56,682 nt of DNA from the NCBI GenBank assembly GCA_023247085.1, contig JAHFHC010000004.1, positions 1-56,682 of the forward strand, in the 5' to 3' direction. Shown here one piece after another: positions 43,521-53,708 of the stretch. The notes under the pieces are model-generated. The model made no database searches, had not been told where the DNA came from, and saw only the letters and a list, made by a program, of their open reading frames with translations. The DNA is from Candidatus Micrarchaeota archaeon (lineage in GTDB: Archaea > Micrarchaeota > Micrarchaeia > Norongarragalinales > UBA8480). The position numbers were made by a program, and so were the translations under genes. Position 1 is the stretch's first letter, and every line of letters begins with the position of its first letter.

Positions 43521-44609
43521 ATGACGCATATCGAAAGTGAAGGAATTTTTACAAGCGAAGCAACGCTATCGCCTGAGTTCGTGCCAGATGCCCCTATTCA
43601 TCGCGAGTCGCATTTACAACTAATTGAAGATGCATTGAAGCCAGCTTTGGCAAACAAGCGTCCAGATAACTTATTTTTATTTGGTCCAACTGGAGCTGGA
43701 AAAACTACTTGTGCAAAGTTCACTTGTAAGCAATTAGCAGAGTACAGGCCAAGCGTTTATTCAATTTATGTTAATTGCTGGGAATTCAACACCCGACTGG
43801 CTGTGTTATCACAAATAGCTGGGGCAATTGACATTGGATTTCCGCGCAGGGGGTTAGCTGGAGATGAAGTGTTCAGCCGAATTATTGAAATAACAAAAAA
43901 AAATAAGTCTACAATTATTGTTTTCCTCGACGAGTTTGACCAATTGTGTTTGAAAAAAGAAGAGGGAATCGTTTATGACTTAAGTAGAGCTGGAGAAAAT
44001 CACGGAGTCAACATGGGGATAGTCTGCATTTCAAACAAATCAAATTTATTAGACACAATTGACAGGCGCATACTAAGTTCATTCTCGCCGCAAAAGTTAG
44101 AATTTCAAAAATATACACCAGCAGAATTAAAGGATATTTTGCGCGAACGCGCAAAATCAGCTTTGCGGCCTGGCTCGTGGAATGAAGACGTAATTGGATT
44201 ATGCGCAGGCCACGCCGCTAAATTAGGGGGGGACTGTAGAATTGCTCTGCGTTCCTTGTGGCGAGCGGCTAGATTTGCAGACCGCAGTGGAATAAAAATA
44301 AGTGAACAGCACATTCGCCGCGCATTTGAAGAAAAAGGAGAGGAAAGTGAAAGCACTGCAGCAGTATTGAATGAAGTTGAGAAAAAAATAGTGGAATTGC
44401 TGCAAGCAAATGAAGGCAGTAACGGAATGCAAAGCGGGAAGTTATATGAATTACTTCAAAAAATTACGAGTGAACGAACCGCACGCAACACGCTTAATTC
44501 TTTAGCGCAGCGTGATATCATTGAAATAGTTGAAGTTGAAGGCAAGGAAATCGGCGGCAGGGGGAAGAGCCGGTTTATTAAATTAAAACAAAAAACAACC
44601 GGAATTTAA
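43521..44609 (+). CDS. cdc6: Orc1/Cdc6 replication initiator
   Basis: PIHRE, GPTGAGKT, YVNC, LDEFD, RILSSF, YT..EL..IL..R and GDCRIAL; C-terminal winged helix. Confidence 0.95.
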   Translation: MTHIESEGIFTSEATLSPEFVPDAPIHRESHLQLIEDALKPALANKRPDNLFLFGPTGAGKTTCAKFTCKQLAEYRPSVYSIYVNCWEFNTRLAVLSQIAGAIDIGFPRRGLAGDEVFSRIIEITKKNKSTIIVFLDEFDQLCLKKEEGIVYDLSRAGENHGVNMGIVCISNKSNLLDTIDRRILSSFSPQKLEFQKYTPAELKDILRERAKSALRPGSWNEDVIGLCAGHAAKLGGDCRIALRSLWRAARFADRSGIKISEQHIRRAFEEKGEESESTAAVLNEVEKKIVELLQANEGSNGMQSGKLYELLQKITSERTARNTLNSLAQRDIIEIVEVEGKEIGGRGKSRFIKLKQKTTGI

Positions 44610-44635
44610 ATCTAGAAGGTTTAGGCTATACGCAT

Positions 44636-45181
44636 ATGGTCGCGCAAATACAAACCATTCAGAGAACACAGGCACATGGTTTAAATGCACATGTTAGTTA
44701 TGAAACGGTTGGAGATGGCAAAAGAATCAAGTTCACGTTTAAGCTTGGAACTCGACTTAAACCGGCATCACGCTTACACTTTTTTATTCCTCTAAACTCA
44801 GAGCAACTTACGGCGATTGAAAAATATAGAGAACATGTGTCAGAAGAAAACGCACCTGCTTATGCGTCAGTTACATTAAATCAGGATGCAAAAACTCTAA
44901 CTTGGCGATTGTTTCATCCACATGGACTTGATCGCAATGTAGAAGTGTTCAGAGCACCAATTAGAAAAGGAATTGCAACAGCGGTTCACTTAGCAATTAC
45001 TAGGTTTCTCGCAGATCGCTATGCATCTCATCGGATTATACACGATAATCGTATTCCCTTAGAGCGAATAGAACACTTGCGCCAAATGGGAATCAATCAC
45101 CGCTTGAGGTATAGAATTGAGGACTATTATGAAATAATTAGAAGTTACGCTAAACGTAAAGGGTTACTTCTTGAAGAATAA
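44636..45181 (+). CDS. Hypothetical basic protein (weak GNAT-like motif)
   Basis: Open 181-aa frame between cdc6 and ychF; RKGIATAVH. Confidence 0.5.
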   Translation: MVAQIQTIQRTQAHGLNAHVSYETVGDGKRIKFTFKLGTRLKPASRLHFFIPLNSEQLTAIEKYREHVSEENAPAYASVTLNQDAKTLTWRLFHPHGLDRNVEVFRAPIRKGIATAVHLAITRFLADRYASHRIIHDNRIPLERIEHLRQMGINHRLRYRIEDYYEIIRSYAKRKGLLLEE

Positions 45182-46351
45182 TTCGATTACGTCCCTGTGC
45201 TTTAGTGGATGGTCTTTGCCAATTGGCTTTTTTTGTTTTACATCAACTGCCTTGATGAAGCCACGACCCATATCCGTGTGTAAACTGAACGCAAAATCAA
45301 GCGCAGTTGAACCTGGAGGAAGCAGAAAAACGTCTGGCAGGACATTGCCTTGGGAGTCGGCAAGTTTGTTCACTCCACCGGGGAATATAGCTAAGTATTT
45401 CAAGTAGTCAAGTACAGCTGCGTTGAGTGTTTTTTGTACTCCGCTTCCGTTGAACTTTTGTAATACAAGTTGCAGGAACTGCATTGCTTTTTTTTGGCCG
45501 TCGTTAAGTTCTTTAGTTATTTCAAATGTGGCGTCGCCTGGAATATATTTTATGAAGCCGCGTTTGTTGGCTTCTTTTAGGGTTATTTCAGCTTCTGCAG
45601 AGCAAGGAACGATTAAATAGTTTGGAAAAGTTTGGCTTAGTTTTTCAATATTCTTTGCAGAGGTAGGTAAGTCACATTTGTTCGCAGCTATTATTATTGG
45701 TTTACCGATTTCGCGTAGGGTTTGGCAGAATTGCATTTTGTTTGTTTCGGTCCATGCAGCTAAATGCGTTTCGGTTAAATGTAGCGTTGAAAGAGTTTTT
45801 TGTACAGCATAGTGAGATATCCCTAGCCCAGTGAATTGAATAAAGAGCACTTCTTCGTTTTTCTTGTTTAAGTTGCCTTCCCTGACTAGTTTGTGCCAAT
45901 TGTTTTCCAAAATTCCTTTGAACCAATAGTTGAGTTCTAGTTCAAGGAATTGAACATCTTTTACAGGATCATGACTACCGGTTTCAACTGCTTCGCCGTT
46001 TTCGTTTGTTGAACCAGACGCGTCAACTATGTGAATTAGAATATCAGCTTGGCGTAAATCGTCGAGGAATTTGTTTCCAAGCCCTTTTCCTTCATGCGCG
46101 CCTGGAACTAAACCCGCTACGTCAAGTACTTCAACTGGAACAAAACGACGAGAGTTAATGCAATAGCCTGTACGCGGATTACATTGCACGTTGAACTCCT
46201 TGTCAACGCATTCAACTTCAATATAGCCAATGCCACGGTTCGGCTTAATTGTGGTAAATGGCCTTGCTGACCGCTCTACAGGCACGCTTGTAAGCGCTTG
46301 AAAAAAAGTTGATTTTCCACTTGATGGTTTTCCGATTAATCCAACTAGCAT
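45164..46351 (-). CDS. ychF: YchF/Obg-family GTPase (archaeal)
   Basis: [42 protein letters not shown] and a TGS domain. Confidence 0.95.
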   Translation of the reverse strand: MLVGLIGKPSSGKSTFFQALTSVPVERSARPFTTIKPNRGIGYIEVECVDKEFNVQCNPRTGYCINSRRFVPVEVLDVAGLVPGAHEGKGLGNKFLDDLRQADILIHIVDASGSTNENGEAVETGSHDPVKDVQFLELELNYWFKGILENNWHKLVREGNLNKKNEEVLFIQFTGLGISHYAVQKTLSTLHLTETHLAAWTETNKMQFCQTLREIGKPIIIAANKCDLPTSAKNIEKLSQTFPNYLIVPCSAEAEITLKEANKRGFIKYIPGDATFEITKELNDGQKKAMQFLQLVLQKFNGSGVQKTLNAAVLDYLKYLAIFPGGVNKLADSQGNVLPDVFLLPPGSTALDFAFSLHTDMGRGFIKAVDVKQKKPIGKDHPLKHRDVIELFFKK

Positions 46352-46419
46352 AAATAACGTATTTATTCGGAGAGAAATGGTTTAACTTCTTTTGCAACGC
46401 ATTTTATACGTATTTCATT

Positions 46420-47619
46420 ATGCTGCACGCGTTGTTCACTGAAAAATATAGCCCAAAGAAGCTTGACGATGTCATTGGAAACGATGACGGTAGAAAAGAG
46501 ATGAAAACTTGGGCACTTGAATTTGAACGGAATAAAATACAAAAACCGCTTTTAATATACGGCCCACCGGGAATAGGAAAAACTTCAGCTGTGCGGGCAC
46601 TTGCACGTGAAATGGAGTGGACGCTGGTTGAAACAAATGCTTCAGATGTACGCGATCCAGAAAGTCTGCGTAAAGCAATAGGCGAGAATAGCAGGGGGCT
46701 ATTCAATCAACGCAGGTTGATTTTACTTGATGAAATAGACGGCGCATTTGACAGGGGCGAAGATACTGAATTAACCCGAGTGTTAAAAGAAAACCAGCAG
46801 CCAATTATCTTAACCGCTAATGACATATGGGATAAGCATTTGGCTAACATTCGCCCCCTTTGCAAGCAAATTGAATTTAAGAAAGTCAACACGCGCGGAA
46901 TTGCAGATTTATTGCAACGCATCGTAACAGCTGAACAGTTGAAAGTTGAGAAATCGAGCGTAGACGTAATTGCTAAAGGTTGTGGTGGCGACGTTAGATC
47001 CGCATTAATAGATTTACAGTCAGGGGCAAACGATAGCGGTTCACGCGATAGGGAAGCTAATGTGTTTGAAGCTGTGCGCATTGTTTTCAAAACATCTGAA
47101 TACACAAAATCTATTGCTGCTTCTGAAAATCTGGATATTGACCTCGACTTATTCACAAAGTGGATTGAAGAGAATGTTCCCATTGAATACGAATTAAGCG
47201 AAGATAAAGCCAAGGCGTTTGCGTGGTTAGCTAAGAGTGACATTATGCAAGGACGAATACGCGAACGGCAATATTGGGGTTTGCTTAGGTATGTACGCGC
47301 ATATAGCCATGGCGGCGTAAGCCTTTCAAAAAAAGAGATGTACCGCAAGTTTACTCCGTATCAATTTCCATCATTGCTTCGCGTTTTATCAGCAAGCAAA
47401 GGAAAACGAAGCGTATTGAAGTCAATTTGCAATAAAATAGGGAATAAGATGCATTGCTCTTCTGCAAAAGTAATTGAAAACTTATTCTTAATGGCAAATG
47501 AAGAACTGTCAACTTGGGCTGAACTAGATGAAGATGAAGCAAAGCTCTTGAAGAACTTTTCAATCGCCGGAAACGAGTTTAAACCAGACAAAGACAAGAA
47601 GCGCAAGTACAAGGAGTAA
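46420..47619 (+). CDS. rfcL: Replication factor C large subunit
   Basis: EKYSPK, GPPGIGKTS, ETNASD, LDEIDG and GDVRSALIDL. Confidence 0.95.
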   Translation: MLHALFTEKYSPKKLDDVIGNDDGRKEMKTWALEFERNKIQKPLLIYGPPGIGKTSAVRALAREMEWTLVETNASDVRDPESLRKAIGENSRGLFNQRRLILLDEIDGAFDRGEDTELTRVLKENQQPIILTANDIWDKHLANIRPLCKQIEFKKVNTRGIADLLQRIVTAEQLKVEKSSVDVIAKGCGGDVRSALIDLQSGANDSGSRDREANVFEAVRIVFKTSEYTKSIAASENLDIDLDLFTKWIEENVPIEYELSEDKAKAFAWLAKSDIMQGRIRERQYWGLLRYVRAYSHGGVSLSKKEMYRKFTPYQFPSLLRVLSASKGKRSVLKSICNKIGNKMHCSSAKVIENLFLMANEELSTWAELDEDEAKLLKNFSIAGNEFKPDKDKKRKYKE

Positions 47620-48288
47620 TGGAATTAGGTTTGCTACATTGGAATACGTTTGTACAAAGAAGTCGTTCACTTCTTGACTCAACGTCTTTTCTTCAATAAA
47701 CGCAATTTCAAAGCTGCTTGTAATTGGGCCTTTAAATGAAGCTAAGTTACGTCCAGTTTCTCTACTTTCAGGCCTCACTGTTGAAAAAGCGTCGCCATCG
47801 GGAATTTCAAAAATAAACTCGCCTATGTTTCCAAGCACAATTTCCTTTGACTGTAAACGTTTGACATTGAGAAGAGAAAAATTCAACGAATATTCAACAA
47901 CGCGTGTACTCTTCACTTTTTTACTAAGAATAGCAGGGGATACGTCATACTCAACCACTATAACCGCTGGATTTTGCGGAATAGAAGTGTCACGTTTTGC
48001 AACTATACGCGTTGAATTCACATACACAAGCGGACCGTAAACATGATAGTCTATATTATCACTATAAGCCCGCCAATCAGAAATAGTGCTTTTGCCAAGC
48101 GTTAAACTAGATGAAAAAGCGCTTTTTTCAGCTGCGTTTTCAAGCAACACAACGGTTTTCTCAATCACATGAACTTTATCTGGAGATAGCTGGAAAGTCA
48201 TCGACGTAGAGGCGTCTATGTACGCATTGGCAAGCCCCGAAAGTAGAAAAACAGAAAAAACCAACACCAATAATAGCCGTTTAGACAT
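47560..48288 (-). CDS. Secreted, C-terminally anchored hypothetical protein
   Basis: Signal peptide from ATG 48288 (MSKRLLLVLVF...), beta-rich body, C-terminal TM; overlaps the rfcL 3' end by 60 nt. Confidence 0.65.
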   Translation of the reverse strand: MSKRLLLVLVFSVFLLSGLANAYIDASTSMTFQLSPDKVHVIEKTVVLLENAAEKSAFSSSLTLGKSTISDWRAYSDNIDYHVYGPLVYVNSTRIVAKRDTSIPQNPAVIVVEYDVSPAILSKKVKSTRVVEYSLNFSLLNVKRLQSKEIVLGNIGEFIFEIPDGDAFSTVRPESRETGRNLASFKGPITSSFEIAFIEEKTLSQEVNDFFVQTYSNVANLIPLLLVLALLVFVWFKLVSGD

Positions 48289-48338
48289 TTTTTTAACCGT
48301 AAGATAAAAAAGGCGTTTTCGGTATTTTAACCCTGCGC

Positions 48339-48851
48339 ATGTTTGGCACATACCTTTCCAGTATCTCAATTGCAACATTCTTACTTATCTTAGCAGCGTA
48401 CAGCAATGCAAGCAGCGATTATGCCACAACAAAAATGACTATGCTTGAAGTTAAAAACGTTTATTTTCAAAAAGCGCATTTGCAAACACTAGTGACACAA
48501 GTTTTACAAGAGGCAAGCACCGATTCAATTCCTGGAGCAAATGTGAAAACTTGTATTGAAAAACGAGTAAATGCCGTACAAAAGCTCATTAGCCTAGCGG
48601 CAATTTTAGCAACTTATGATGTTGACACGAAAGTCGGTTTCGTTTCTGGAAATAACTGCAATTGTACTTCGTTAAGCAATAATGACCACGAATTGCTTGA
48701 AAACAACGAAGAAACGCTAACTGCAGTTGGCCAGATTTTAACTTGTACTGAGAATGGATTGCAAATTGCAAAACTAGGAGTAAACGGCATAGGCGCAATT
48801 TTGTTTACAACGAAAAATCCAGAAGCAAGAATTGTGGTTAAAGATGCTTAA
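48339..48851 (+). CDS. Membrane-anchored pilin-associated protein
   Basis: N-terminal hydrophobic helix and Cys pairs; first of four overlapping genes next to class III pilins. Confidence 0.45.
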   Translation: MFGTYLSSISIATFLLILAAYSNASSDYATTKMTMLEVKNVYFQKAHLQTLVTQVLQEASTDSIPGANVKTCIEKRVNAVQKLISLAAILATYDVDTKVGFVSGNNCNCTSLSNNDHELLENNEETLTAVGQILTCTENGLQIAKLGVNGIGAILFTTKNPEARIVVKDA

Positions 48852-49065
48852 TTCAATTACAATACTCTTGTTCGTTTGCATTTCATTATCAATTATATTT
48901 TCGACATTTGCAATTCAACATAATACTGAAACACAACTGAGGCTATTTGTAACCGAGTTTGGCAATGAACAAAAATGCTTTAGCAAACAGATTATGCAAA
49001 GCCAGCGAATGGAAGTGAACTATTCTATAACAAACGTTACAAACCGCGGAGGCGATGCGTGTTGA
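48832..49065 (+). CDS. Small membrane-anchored pilin-associated protein
   Basis: N-terminal TM; translationally coupled to its neighbours. Confidence 0.45.
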   Translation: MWLKMLNSITILLFVCISLSIIFSTFAIQHNTETQLRLFVTEFGNEQKCFSKQIMQSQRMEVNYSITNVTNRGGDAC

Positions 49066-49265
49066 TTGAACTTGATGCCTCCATTGCACTGAGCTTACTC
49101 GTTATTGCGCTATTCATATTTTCTTTTACAGCAATCATAACTGTTGACTCGCTTAAAAGCAAAATAGATGAAATAAAAGCATTTCAAAATAACTCCAGTT
49201 GCATTGTGCGCGTGCAACTTATAAACAACGAATTGGTGGAAAACTGTGGCTATCCTTTCCCTTGA
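49059..49265 (+). CDS. Minor-pilin-like protein (no class III leader)
   Basis: GGAGG SD, GTG start, MLIELDASIALSLLVIALF. Confidence 0.5.
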   Translation: MLIELDASIALSLLVIALFIFSFTAIITVDSLKSKIDEIKAFQNNSSCIVRVQLINNELVENCGYPFP

Positions 49266-49644
49266 TGCCTCGCTCTGCATTTTACTAATTGTAGCTTCCG
49301 CGAACTTGCTTTTTATTAATGTGCACAATTTTGACTTATCTACCGGCGACTTGCAAGCCAGGATAATTGCAGACGACATAGGGTTGGCATTTCAAAAAGA
49401 AAAAACCAGTCTCGATAACTTGCGAAATGGAAACGTTGAACCAATTCAGGAAAAACTAGAGAAATTAAGCCAATGTATTGAAATACAAATTAGCAATACC
49501 AAATTCACAAAAGATCAGGCGCTTGAAAATCCAATTGTAAGAAATAAACAAAAACCATGTAGTGGAGACCGCGTTTCACAAACAGTTCTAGTTGCAAGCG
49601 ACAACGAAATTTATGCGGCAACCGTTTGGGTTTACTTTAAATGA
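49246..49644 (+). CDS. Minor-pilin-like protein (no class III leader)
   Basis: GGTGG SD, GTG start, MAILSLDASLCILLIV. Confidence 0.5.
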   Translation: MAILSLDASLCILLIVASANLLFINVHNFDLSTGDLQARIIADDIGLAFQKEKTSLDNLRNGNVEPIQEKLEKLSQCIEIQISNTKFTKDQALENPIVRNKQKPCSGDRVSQTVLVASDNEIYAATVWVYFK

Positions 49645-50012
49645 ACTGCTACACCTGCGTCTGTTTTTTCAAATGCTAAATCATTTTCACCTTTTTCAAC
49701 AAACAAACCACCCTCGATCAACCCGGGGGCATTGATCGCTTCGTTGAAAGGTCCGGTTATTTCTTCATTAGCGAAAGTTAGGTTAAATTGAACTGGCGAA
49801 TGTAAACGCATTGACAAGCGCGTCCCAGCAGGCATTAAGTTCAATTCATTTACTTTATAGCCGATTTGGTTGGCAATTGAATGAACCGAAGTGTTCAAAA
49901 ATAGAGCGTAACTGTTTTGAAAGGAGGAAAGCGCGGCCGGCATAACTATTGCATAAGTGGCTAGGGTAACCACCAATACAATTAGATATTCCATAGTGGC
50001 TTGGCCGCGCAT
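49632..50012 (-). CDS. Type IV pilin-like protein with class III signal peptide
   Basis: MRG^QATMEYLIVLVV, with Glu at +5 and a hydrophobic helix. Confidence 0.85.
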   Translation of the reverse strand: MRGQATMEYLIVLVVTLATYAIVMPAALSSFQNSYALFLNTSVHSIANQIGYKVNELNLMPAGTRLSMRLHSPVQFNLTFANEEITGPFNEAINAPGLIEGGLFVEKGENDLAFEKTDAGVAVHLK

Positions 50013-50018
50013 TTTTCC

Positions 50019-50222
50019 TCACGACAGTTCATTTATGCTTGACAAAATCTGGTCAGTTTTGTTGGACAATACGTTCGCGCTTTTAACCGCAGTTGTTTCC
50101 AGTTGGGTAATTAGTATAAACGCAATTGCTATGATCGCAGCAGTAAGCACCAGCATTTCTGCACTGATTTGACCCCGAAATCGGCGCTTTGCAATAGAAA
50201 TCCATAATTTGTTAAACCGCAT
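50019..50222 (-). CDS. Small type IV pilin (class III signal peptide, DUF361-like)
   Basis: KRRFRG^QISAEMLVLTAAIIAIAFIL. Confidence 0.88.
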   Translation of the reverse strand: MRFNKLWISIAKRRFRGQISAEMLVLTAAIIAIAFILITQLETTAVKSANVLSNKTDQILSSINELS

Positions 50223-50336
50223 AGCAGAAACAAAGCAGCTATCAGTTCAAAACCATTAGGGTAAAAAAAGCGGACAAAAAGAAAAAGGTCCAAGGAGTGA
50301 ATTTCTGTTTGTGTATTATATCAGCTAGGGTTTTGC

Positions 50337-50939
50337 TTAAAGCACTTGTACAAAAGCTAGAACAACCAGTGGAATCATAAGCGCAGCCCAGATTGTTTTG
50401 TTCCACTGGTATACTTTTTGCCCGTCCATTGGAAAAATGGGGATCATGTTAAATGCGCCTAGGAAAAAGTTGACGCTTGCGCCAAGCACTGCAATTTGTT
50501 TTAATCCAGGTATAAGAAAGCCAATGGCAAGAAAAACTAATCCAAGAATTAGGTTCGTAAGGGGGCCAGCTGCGGAGATTTTGCCATTTTGCTCGCGCGT
50601 AATGTTGTTACCGTAAACATAAACTGCTCCTGGCGCAGCGAAGACGAACCCAACTGCAAATGCCATGATTATAGAAAATAGTAAACCAAGAGTCCAGGCT
50701 TGGTAACGCGCATATGCGCCGTATTTAATCGCGACGAACTTGTGTGCTAGTTCGTGAAGGATAAAGCCAAGGCCAACAGTTAGCAGAATGAGCCCAGTTG
50801 TTGCAAGGAAATCAGCATTGAAGTTAGTTGAGCCAGTCCAAACAATTGCAAAGGCTAGCGAAATCGTAAGCACAGAGACTAAAATGTGAAGCGCTTCGTC
50901 TATGCTGATTGAAAAGTTCTTTAGAGAATCGTGGTGCAT
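50337..50939 (-). CDS. Site-2 protease (M50 family)
   Basis: LHELAH (HExxH), AGPLTN and FNMIPIFPMDG. Confidence 0.93.
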   Translation of the reverse strand: MHHDSLKNFSISIDEALHILVSVLTISLAFAIVWTGSTNFNADFLATTGLILLTVGLGFILHELAHKFVAIKYGAYARYQAWTLGLLFSIIMAFAVGFVFAAPGAVYVYGNNITREQNGKISAAGPLTNLILGLVFLAIGFLIPGLKQIAVLGASVNFFLGAFNMIPIFPMDGQKVYQWNKTIWAALMIPLVVLAFVQVL

Positions 50940-50999
50940 AAATTATTCAACTATTATTACAGAACATAAAAACACATTCAACTGTTTCCAAATGTTTTG

Positions 51000-51440
51000 T
51001 TACATGCGTTGGCCTTGTGACAAGTAAGTAACTGGTTGTTCCATTTCAGTGATTTTAACACTAGCGAGTGAAAATGTTGAAGCGTACGAAATGATTATCC
51101 CTTCTGCTTCCCTGCCTTGAAAGTTAATCTTGATTTTTTCACCCAGTCTACCGCTTTGCAAAGAAATTGCACTTGGGCCAGCGAATATGTTCACAATTGT
51201 TCCAGTTGCATTGTTATTGTGAAAATGAGTTGCACTCGTAGTAAGCAAGTCTCCCTTGCGAACTCCACGCAAATAAGGATAAGCAAAGCCAATTACAAGA
51301 GATACACCAATCGCTAGTGCAACTAGCTTCCATATTGAATCAATAACACTTCCAGCTACACCTACAAGTGAAAAAGCATAAGCTATAAGCGATAAAGCTA
51401 ATAATAGCAGAAATGAAACTAAGCTAATTTTAAAGTTCAT
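51000..51440 (-). CDS. Hypothetical membrane protein (2 TM plus small beta domain)
   Basis: Two TM helices, then GVRKGD and SLQSGRLGEKIKI. Confidence 0.6.
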   Translation of the reverse strand: MNFKISLVSFLLLLALSLIAYAFSLVGVAGSVIDSIWKLVALAIGVSLVIGFAYPYLRGVRKGDLLTTSATHFHNNNATGTIVNIFAGPSAISLQSGRLGEKIKINFQGREAEGIIISYASTFSLASVKITEMEQPVTYLSQGQRM

Positions 51441-51518
51441 AAGAATGATTTAGTAAAAAGATGAATAAAAGCGTTGCACATTAGATGGACAAACGCACGC
51501 CGAGCTAACCACATCCCG

Positions 51519-53654
51519 TTAGCCGTATCCTTTAATCGCTTCTTTCTTTTGGGGCTGTACTAAAGATGGTCGGATTGCGCCGAATGCTGTTTCAAAGTGC
51601 CGTTTTGTCACTTCTTTTGCGGTTAGGTTTTCTCTGAGGGCAACCATGCCTGCTTCGCGGCACATTGATTCAATATCTGCACCGCTGTAGCCTTCAGTAC
51701 GTTTTGCTAGTTCTGCAAAGTTCACATCTGGACTTATAGGCATGTTGCGAGTGTGAATTTTGAAAATGTGTAATCGCGTTTCTTCCCCCGGTAGCCCAAT
51801 TGCAATTAACTTGTCAAACCTACCTGGCCTTAGCAATGCAGAATCTATTATGTCGATCCGATTAGTTGAGCCAACTACTACAACGCCGTTGAGTGCTTGT
51901 ATGCCATCAAGCTCGCTTAACAATTGGTTTACAAGTCGTTCAGTCACATGTGTACCGTCGTCTCCATTGCCACGCATTGGTACAATTGCATCGAGTTCAT
52001 CCATGAAAATAATGCACGGCGCAGCTTGCCTTGCTTTTCTAAAAATTTCGCGCATACTTTTTTCACTTTCGCCAACGTACTTATTGAGTAGCTCTGGCCC
52101 TTTTACTGCTATGAAATTAGCTTCGCTTTCAGTTGCAACTGCTTTTGCTAACAGTGTTTTGCCAGTTCCAGGCGGGCCGAAAAGCAGCACGCCTCGTGCT
52201 GGCCTTATGCCGATTCGTTCAAATGCTTCGGGGCGTTTAATTGGAAGTTCAACTGCTTCTTTTAACTCGCGTTTTGCCTCGTCAAGTCCACCAACTTGAT
52301 CCCATTTAATATTTGGTACTTCAACGTAAACTTCACGCAATGCGCTGGGATGAATCTCTCGCAATGCGTCAGTGAAATCGACTTTAAGCACTTGTAAACT
52401 ATCTAGAATTTTGATTGGGATATCTTCTTCTAAATTTAATTTTGGTAACGTGCGGCTTAACACTTTCATTGCTGCTTCTTTGCATAAGCTTTGTAAATCT
52501 GCGCCGACAAAGCCATGCGTAACTGCTGCTAGTTCGTCAAGTGAAACGTCTTTTGCAAGTGGCATTCCACGCGTGTGGATTTGTAAAATTTCTTTGCGTC
52601 CTTTTTTGTCTGGTACGCCTATTTCAATTTCTCTGTCAAAACGGCCTGGGCGGCGTAGTGCTGGGTCAATGCTATTTGGTCGGTTTGTTGCGCCAATTAC
52701 AATTACTTGCCCGCGGCTTTTGAGGCCATCCATTAAGGTTAGTAGCTGGCTCACAATGCGTTTTTCTACTTCGCCCACTACTTCTTCTCGTTTTGGGGCA
52801 ATTGCGTCAATTTCATCTATGAATATAATTGTTGGAGCATTTTCTTCGGCTTCTGCAAATATTTTGCGGAGTTTTTCTTCTGCTTCGCCAACGTATTTAC
52901 TTACTATTTCTGGGCCTGCAATGGTTATGAAATGGGCTTCGCTTTCACTTGCAACTGCACGCGCTAGTAAAGTCTTTCCAGTTCCCGGTGAACCATATAA
53001 AAGAACCCCTTTTGGCGGTTCTATTCCTAGTCGTTCAAACAATTCCGGGTGACGCATTGGAAGTTCTACCATTTCGCGGATTTTTTGCGCTTCTTCTTTT
53101 AACCCTCCTAAATCACCATAGGAAATAGTTGCAAATTTACCAAGTTCTTTGAGTGGCTGTTCATTTAGAATTAGTTCAGTTGCTTCGTTGACAATTACGA
53201 ACCCATTTGGGTTAGTCTGTGCAACTGCGAATACGAATGGTGTACCGAAAACGTTTACTGATAGCACATCTCCTTTTGATAGTGGTTTACCAATAAGATT
53301 TTTTTTCACGTATTGGTCAAAGCCAGGCGCATAGCGGGAAGGTTGGTTTGGTGCAAGAACTATTTTATTAGCGGATTTGATAACTGCTTTTATTAAGCGA
53401 ACGCGGTCGCCAAGGCCAACAGATGCGTTTTGGCGCAGTATGCCGTCCATTCTTATTATGCCAAGCCCTTCGTCAGACGGGTGTGCTGGGAGTACAATTG
53501 CAACTACGCTGCGTTTACTTCCTTTGATTTCAACTACATCTCCAGTTGTAACGCCGAGTTGTTCCCTGCCTGCGGAGTCCATGCGAATGATTCGCTTACC
53601 GTAGTCTATTTGCAGTGCCTCTGCTACTTTAAGCATGATTGAACGTTGATCCAT
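51519..53654 (-). CDS. cdc48: Cdc48/VAT AAA+ ATPase
   Basis: N domain RMDG..RQNA; D1 GSPGTGKT and DEID; D2 GPPGTGKT and DELD; RPGRFD twice; C-terminal GYG. Confidence 0.97.
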   Translation of the reverse strand: MDQRSIMLKVAEALQIDYGKRIIRMDSAGREQLGVTTGDVVEIKGSKRSVVAIVLPAHPSDEGLGIIRMDGILRQNASVGLGDRVRLIKAVIKSANKIVLAPNQPSRYAPGFDQYVKKNLIGKPLSKGDVLSVNVFGTPFVFAVAQTNPNGFVIVNEATELILNEQPLKELGKFATISYGDLGGLKEEAQKIREMVELPMRHPELFERLGIEPPKGVLLYGSPGTGKTLLARAVASESEAHFITIAGPEIVSKYVGEAEEKLRKIFAEAEENAPTIIFIDEIDAIAPKREEVVGEVEKRIVSQLLTLMDGLKSRGQVIVIGATNRPNSIDPALRRPGRFDREIEIGVPDKKGRKEILQIHTRGMPLAKDVSLDELAAVTHGFVGADLQSLCKEAAMKVLSRTLPKLNLEEDIPIKILDSLQVLKVDFTDALREIHPSALREVYVEVPNIKWDQVGGLDEAKRELKEAVELPIKRPEAFERIGIRPARGVLLFGPPGTGKTLLAKAVATESEANFIAVKGPELLNKYVGESEKSMREIFRKARQAAPCIIFMDELDAIVPMRGNGDDGTHVTERLVNQLLSELDGIQALNGVVVVGSTNRIDIIDSALLRPGRFDKLIAIGLPGEETRLHIFKIHTRNMPISPDVNFAELAKRTEGYSGADIESMCREAGMVALRENLTAKEVTKRHFETAFGAIRPSLVQPQKKEAIKGYG

Positions 53655-53708
53655 GTTTTTCTATGATCCCGCACACACGTGCGCATTTATTTTTTACTTT
53701 TTCTAGCG

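Noticed and set aside
51760-53052. Long antisense ORFs opposite cdc48 (similarly 5101-5760, 6502-6939, 32617-33165, 46707-47348)
   Set aside because: These are Ser-rich shadow frames of well-supported genes on the other strand.
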